From Eledone cirrhosa (Eukaryota): a stretch of 64,000 nucleotides of DNA. Below are positions 58,592-64,000 of this stretch, piece after piece. Below the pieces are notes generated by a model. The model did no database searches and had not been told where the DNA came from. It saw only the letters and a list, made by a program, of their open reading frames with translations. The stretch lies in contig OZ024741.1 in assembly GCA_964016885.1 (NCBI GenBank), positions 358,732,001-358,796,000 of the forward strand, written 5' to 3'. Each line of letters begins with the position of its first letter. Positions within the stretch are counted from its first letter, which is position 1. A program made the translations under genes and the position numbers.

Positions 58592-58775
58592 ATTTATTTA
58601 TATATATATTTTATATTTATTTATATATATATTTATATTTATATATATATTTATGTTTATATATATATATATTTATATATATTTATATATTTATATATAT
58701 TTATATATATTTATATATTTATATATATTTATATATATTTATATATATTTATATATTTATATATATATATACATT

Positions 58776-58810
<35 letters not shown>

Positions 58811-58886
58811 ATATTTATATATATTTATATATTTATATATATATATATATTTATATATATTTATATATATAAATATATATATATAT
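58155..58886. repeat. (TA/TTTA)n microsatellite
   Basis: Directly visible. Confidence 0.95.
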
Positions 58887-58889
58887 TTG

Positions 58890-60950
58890 GAGGAGGTTAT
58901 AGTTCACTTGAAGCATTGTGTAATGAGGTATAAACGTTTGAATATGTGTAATAAGGCCAAGACAATGCAGGTATGGACAGAAAAAAGAATGCAATAGTGA
59001 AAGATATTGATGTGAATTCGTCTTTCACCTTGAATTTATTTAAATGTCCTTAATTTTCGAGATAATATCTCTTCTTCGGAGGGAAGTAAAGGTCTCAAAC
59101 CAGCGTCTTTAAATTTCTAGCCAAGCCATGCTGACCGGAAATAGTATAGAGTATCTGTTCTAACTCTAATATCAAAGAATTAAAATTAGGTGGATAAAGA
59201 GTAGTCTCCCTTTAAGAGGGGTTTGTTTAGGTTTTTTTTTTTTTTTATTTTTTTTTTTATTTTATATACGTGCCTGTATATGTGTGTGGGAGAATGCATG
59301 AAGGTGTAGGTATGTGGGTGTGTGTGTGTGAGTGTGGGAAGATAGGTCTAATCGTAAAAGTGGGGGGTAGGTGTTATCTGGTGTTAGAACTGGTTTTGTG
59401 TGTGTATGTGTGAGAGAGAATAAGTGGAGGTGTGCGCGTGCGTGTGTGTGGGGTGTGTAAAAATGGGGCTAGAGGCCCTATCAGGTTATAAATTGGGTGT
59501 TGAGCTCTAGTCTATTATTGATTGGTGGATGTGTTCTATCTATAATAAGTGCTTCCTTAATTCTAAGATTGCCGAGGTTTCTTTCCTTAGTTTCTATCCT
59601 AACTGTTATGTTTTTATCGGTGTTTCTCAAATGAGAAAGCGTTAGTATTGAGGTGTTCTTTTATTCTTATGTGGAGTGGTCTGGTGGTGCTACCTACGTA
59701 GAAGTTGTTGCATTTGTCACACTCTAGTCTGTATACTACGTAAGCCTGGTGGCATAGGTCTGTGTCGTTGATGGGGCAGTTGGCTAGTCTGCAGCAGTTG
59801 TCATGTCTGGTGGAGTGTCTCTTAGCCAGCCGTCCGCGCATAGAAGGACCCGAGTGGGCCAGTTGGATATCCAGTCCCTCTCGTCTGATGGCTCTGCGGA
59901 TGGCTGTTGTTGTTTCTTCACTGAAGTGTGGGAGCTTCAGGAAGCAAGTGTTAGTGCCTCGGGTGTGGTGTCCTCTGTTCTTTCTGGCATGGTTTGTGGT
60001 GGATGTCGTGTATCCGTTCAGTTTGAGTACTTCCAGGAAATGTGTGGTGTGTGTGTCTCGGTCTCTGGCGTCGGTGCATTTGTTCTTGATACGTGCCAGT
60101 TCGTTCCTTATGTATCCGAACTTGGCACCGAGTGGGAGGGCCGATCTGAAATGTACGAACAGGTCCCTGCTGGCGGATTTTTTATAGAAGCAGGTGGTGG
60201 ATGTTGCCTTCCTCTGTTACCCTGAGTTGGAAGTCCAGTAGGGATAGGGATCCGCGGTCATCGGGGTGTTCCATGCTGAACTTTATACTGGCATCCATGC
60301 TGGAGAATGTTGTGTATATTTTCTCTGCCTCCTCACGGGATGATGTAAGGATGAGTATGTCATCTACATATCGGGTGAAGAAGGCATGGGAATGGCAGGT
60401 GTTGAGGGCTCGGCATTCTAGCTGGTTCATGTAGGTGATGGCCAGCAGGCTCGATAGGCTGGATCCCATGGGTAATCCTGTTGTCTGTATGTGTGGTGGT
60501 GGAAGGTGAAGTACGTGTTGTCTACTGTGAAGGACAAAAGTTGGTGTATGTCCGTCGGGTGGAGGCCGTAGCAGTGGATGTCCTCTGCGACCACGCAGTC
60601 CGTCAATAAATCGACAGCTGGGTGAGCGGGGACTGTAGTGTAGAGGGAGACAACGTCGAGGCTAAAAGCGTATTTATTTAGTTTAAGTTGTTCTGGCTGG
60701 AGTTGGTGTAGTCTACGTATAACTTCGTCGGAGCTACTGACATGTCCGGGGAAGGTGGAGAGTAGAGGCTTGAGGACCTGGGAGAGAAGCCAGGAAATTT
60801 TGTATAGGGGTCCTTCTATGCTAGAGACGATGGGTCTTATTTGCGTCTTAGTGCTATTCTTGTGGGTCTTGATGAGGTGGTAGAAAGTGGGCAGTCTGCT
60901 GTTTCTAGTGGTGTAGTTGAGTTTAATTTTATTCGGGAGTTGTCTTCTCC
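58890..60950 (-). mobile_element. Penelope-like element of a different clade, frameshifted and 5'-truncated
   Basis: PTFYHLIKTHK...IRPIVSS, FSLDVVSLYT, LPMGSSLSSLLA, TRYVDDIL, VVYRLECDKCNNFYVGSTTRPLHIRIKEH, LRIKEALII; stop at 59481. Degenerate hammerhead CCGAAGA-A-GAGAT/ATCTC-GAAA at 59047-59084 (minus). Confidence 0.9.
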
Positions 60951-61020
60951 TACAGATATCGAACCAAATGGAGTTGGTCTGTTTTTCGATATATATATTT
61001 ATATATATATATATTTAAAT

Positions 61021-61225
61021 ATATCACAGAAAAAAGAGAATCAGTGTTGTGATGAAAGGAATTTATTGGACATATTACAAATGTTTCTTGGGCGACCTGC
61101 TCGAGGCACGATCGATATGGTGATACGTCTCGATTCTACGAAGCAGATTTTCCTATAGGAAACATTTGTAATATGTCCAATAAATTCCTTTCGTCGCAAC
61201 ACTGATTCTCTTTTTTCTGTGATAT
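61021..61225. repeat. 67-bp inverted repeat with 71-bp spacer
   Basis: 61021-61087 is the reverse complement of 61159-61225 with 2 mismatches. Confidence 0.93.
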
Positions 61226-61342
61226 CATACTCTGCTCTGCGAGGGCATTGAGTGCTCATACAGCCTACCGCATACGGACGCTTTAAGCATCCAACACCAA
61301 TTATATTTATATATATACATTGAAACATTGATTAAAATAATA

Positions 61343-61457
61343 TTATAATAGTAATTTTAAAATTAATATTGAAAAACATGAGCCTACTGCCAAACCAATT
61401 GTGACAAATAATGATAATAATGTTCCCGTCTGTTCTGCCTCATGGCTTTCAACCAAG
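61343..61457 (-). CDS. SLC29A: Equilibrative nucleoside transporter, last coding exon (TM11)
   Basis: Polypyrimidine acceptor TTTTTTTGTTATTCCCACAG; translates LVESHEAEQTGTLLSLFVTIGLAVGSCFSILILKLLL*, matching the ENT C-terminus (EAETAG..M.FFL.LGL..G); phase fits the upstream exon (CT+C = Leu). Paralog not assigned. Confidence 0.9.
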
Positions 61458-61577
61458 CTGTGGGAATAACAAAAAAAAGAAGATACACAATTATCATCAT
61501 CATTATTAGGATTATATTTGGCCTTAGTGGCCTTTAAACTTAATTATTACTATTATTATTATTATTACATGCACTAG

Positions 61578-62007
61578 GGTGTTGTATTGGCAGAGCAAAG
61601 AGTTACGGCCCTTTACGTTCTGAGTCAAAACCCTTTTATCCTTTGCCTTTTATCCTTACAGTGGGGTCGATAAAATAAAGCACCAATAATGTACTGGGAT
61701 TGATTTAATTGACTTTCCCCCTTCCCGAAACCTGCTGGCCGTGTGCCTATATTAGAAATCATTATTATTACATGCACTGTAATAGAGGTGGTCGATTGGC
61801 TGTATCAGTAGGGCATCAGAAAATGTTTTGCAGCATATAGTTACGTCCCTTTATATTCTGAGTTCAAATCCCACTGAGTTAAGCTTTGCCTCTCATTCTT
61901 ATAGGGTCGATAAAATAAAGTACCAGTAATGCACAGGGGTTGATATCATTGACTTTCCCCTCTCTTCAAAATTGTTGGCCTTCTGCCTAAATCAAAAACC
62001 ATTATTA
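61578..62007 (+). mobile_element. Two tandem tRNA-derived SINE copies (61578-61770, 61785-62007); partial copies at 62790-62940 and 53290-53332
   Basis: B-box GAGTTCAAATCC, conserved GGGTCGATAAAATAAAGTACCAG core and (ATT)n tail; resembles octopus SINEs as I recall them. Confidence 0.8.
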
Positions 62008-62500
62008 TATGCACTCATCCAGTTCCTGCACTTTCCTGACATGTGAAGTTTTGTCAAACAGCTGTTGTAGCCTGTAGAACAGATCTAGCTATCATTCGAC
62101 TCCATTTGAAGATCATCTGCTGCCTTCTTTTGGCCTTGTGGCTTTGACGAAAGATTTTGTGTGGCGGATGAGGCTGAAAGAATGGAAAACAACACATTCC
62201 TCTTCAGCCAAGCCTTTGTTGACCTTTTCAAATTCCACTTGGAAAGGAAAATGAAGGTGTGAAGTAAGTGCTGCTCCTTGCAGTATATTTGTTGAAAAGT
62301 GAATGAATGTAGAGAGAATGATCCTAGTGAATGAACGTACTCTAAGTATGCACCAGTAGAATAGAGGAGAAAGGGACATTTGCTAATTGGAGTGATCTTG
62401 GATTTGTGGGGCTCCTTAATTACTCCTGGGTGGTTCTATATCTATTGGGAATTCTATTGTTATTAATTTATTGTTTACTTTATTACATGTTTTTTTCTGT
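62008..62500 (+). mobile_element. Probable degenerate L1/Tx1 LINE 3' end
   Basis: Broken frames give ALIQ, LVALTKDFVWRMRLK and LFKFHLERKMKV, resembling a Tx1-type ORF2 C-terminus; T-rich tail region follows. Confidence 0.45.
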
Positions 62501-62539
62501 TTACTTGTTTCAGGTAAATCTCCAATGTCCTTGTTTATC

Positions 62540-62775
62540 AACATCATTTTACGTCCATTTTTCCATGTTTGCATTGGTTAGACAAGTTGTCCTGTTGTGG
62601 GCAATGCTAGGTCAGGCAACCATGTCTTGCTCATACAGAACTGATTTTGGCTTGGTTTCTACAGCTGGATGCCTTTCCTAATGCCAACCTCATTTACAGT
62701 GAGTACTGGGTGTTTTTGTCGTGACACCTATATGACAATTTTACAGTGTGGGCTGGGCACTTTTTGTTGTGTCAC
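62540..62775 (-). mobile_element. SINE/LINE fragment sharing the RTE 3' UTR
   Basis: TTTCTACAGCTGGATGCC..CCTAA..CCAACC, GTGTTTTTGTCGTGACACCTA and ATTTTACAGTGTGGGCTGGG are shared with 10700-10830. Confidence 0.7.
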
Positions 62776-62889
62776 CATCACGACCACTTGTCTGAGGTTA
62801 ACTTTGCCTTTCATCCTTACAAGGTCGATAAAATAAAGCACCAGTCGTGCACTGGGGTAATTGCTGGCCTTGTGCCAAAAGTAGAAACA

Positions 62890-62931
<42 letters not shown>

Positions 62932-63665
62932 CATTATTACTAGCAGAAAAACAACCCTTTGGGTGGTTTTCTGCTAGCCTGTGTAGTGTGCATATTGATA
63001 TTATACGCAAGTATATATACATGTAGATATGATACATCAAATAAAATCATAATTGACAATATACACAGAAATTAAACGAAGACTGTTACACTGTCTTATG
63101 TAATCAGTAACGTAATCCATTGACGGAAATATATGAATGTTTATTTAAGTGATCGCTAACTGGAAGTATTGACATTTGAAAATTTTAAAGAAGAGAATCT
63201 TAAAACAAGCGACAAAATTATTAATATTTAATCAAGAATAACGAAATTTAGTAGATAAATTATGTAATATTCATTCATTATTTATTCAAAGTAATCCAAG
63301 TTATTTTACAAATGGGATAAAAAGATATATTCTGAACGTTGTCCCGCACTCCTCCCTTTATTATAGTTTAGATTATTGAATTCCTAGCTAAGTTCAAATA
63401 TACATTTGTATATTGGTTAAGAAGCTTAATTCAGCACCATATGAATATGAGTTCAGTCTCAATGCATTGCAGAAATTTTGAGCAGGCACCTTCTGACTGA
63501 ATTTGGTAAACAGAAATTTTAAGAAACCACACCACCATAACCACCTACACCAGTAACACAATCAACCCATCCACCTAACACTAACATCTATAACATCACC
63601 ACCACCAACAACAGCAACAACACACACATAATAAAAGAGATATATATAATAAAGAGATAACTTAC

Positions 63666-63868
63666 AGTGGTGCATTCATCATACTAGTGTTACTAACAAA
63701 ACCATTGGTCAGTCCCAGGAAAAGGATGATTAAGCCTGAAGCATAGTCATTAACAAAGTACACATTGTATGCACGTGGCTGCACATTGCATAACGTTATC
63801 AATGGGATGAATATGATACGCAGTACTGCAAAGAGCAAAAACCATGGCGAGTACCTTGGTTTGAAAAT
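63666..63868 (-). CDS. SLC29A: Equilibrative nucleoside transporter, penultimate coding exon (TM9-TM10)
   Basis: Acceptor CTCCACTTTCAG and donor GTAAGT; the 203 nt translate IFKPRYSPWFLLFAVLRIIFIPLITLCNVQPRAYNVYFVNDYASGLIILFLGLTNGFVSNTSMMNAP, matching ENT motifs R..F.PL..LCN..PR and SNGY....M..GP. Confidence 0.92.
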
Positions 63869-64000
63869 CTGAAAGTGGAGATTTAAAAGTTCTTTTAAAT
63901 CATTATTATTATTTCCAATACTTTGTATGTAGTAATGAACCTGTAACTCCTGGTGGAGTCATAGAGGTTTCATAATGACATACAGTGTCTTAGGCATTTT

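Noticed and set aside
51989-58997. YIYI/ICIY-rich ORFs
   Set aside because: Translations of TA microsatellites.
59762-61158. Plus-strand ORFs over the Penelope elements (also 50127-50993 and 55928-57649)
   Set aside because: Antisense shadows of minus-strand RT/endonuclease frames.
61088-61185. Hammerhead in the 67-bp hairpin (GAAACATTTGTA)
   Set aside because: Only a possible 3' half; no CUGANGA or covariant core upstream on either strand.
1-61342. Whole window as a giant ENT intron
   Set aside because: The terminal coding exon with its stop codon was found at 61343-61457, so the repeats lie downstream of the CDS.

Overview
Eukaryotic, very AT-rich, repeat-dominated window. It is probably octopod cephalopod; this is inferred only from the SINE families. 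About 40 kb of positions 63-48353 is a ~60-bp satellite (GATCAGCAGTTAACATCTGTACTACCTGCTAACATATGTACATATACAC(TA)n) with kb-scale higher-order duplications, and all its ORFs are artefacts. Three insertions interrupt it: (1) a 5'-truncated RTE-type LINE; (2) a 3.5-kb non-autonomous Helitron-like element (A|TC...CTAG|T, no TSD) with a 212-bp inverted repeat at one end and a hairpin at the other; (3) a 3.9-kb concatemer of a 591-bp non-coding unit that folds back into a giant palindrome. Each 591-bp unit holds a type I hammerhead ribozyme with the compensatory U3-A8 core, making the array a candidate retrozyme (circular-RNA) insertion. Positions 48.7-61 kb hold three Penelope-like elements (RT + GIY-YIG), an L1/Tx1 fragment, TA microsatellites and several further hammerhead motifs. 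At the right end are the last two coding exons (minus strand) of an equilibrative nucleoside transporter (SLC29 family), which the ORF track misses; a 67-bp hairpin lies just past its stop codon. All calls were made by eye, with no database search or folding software.
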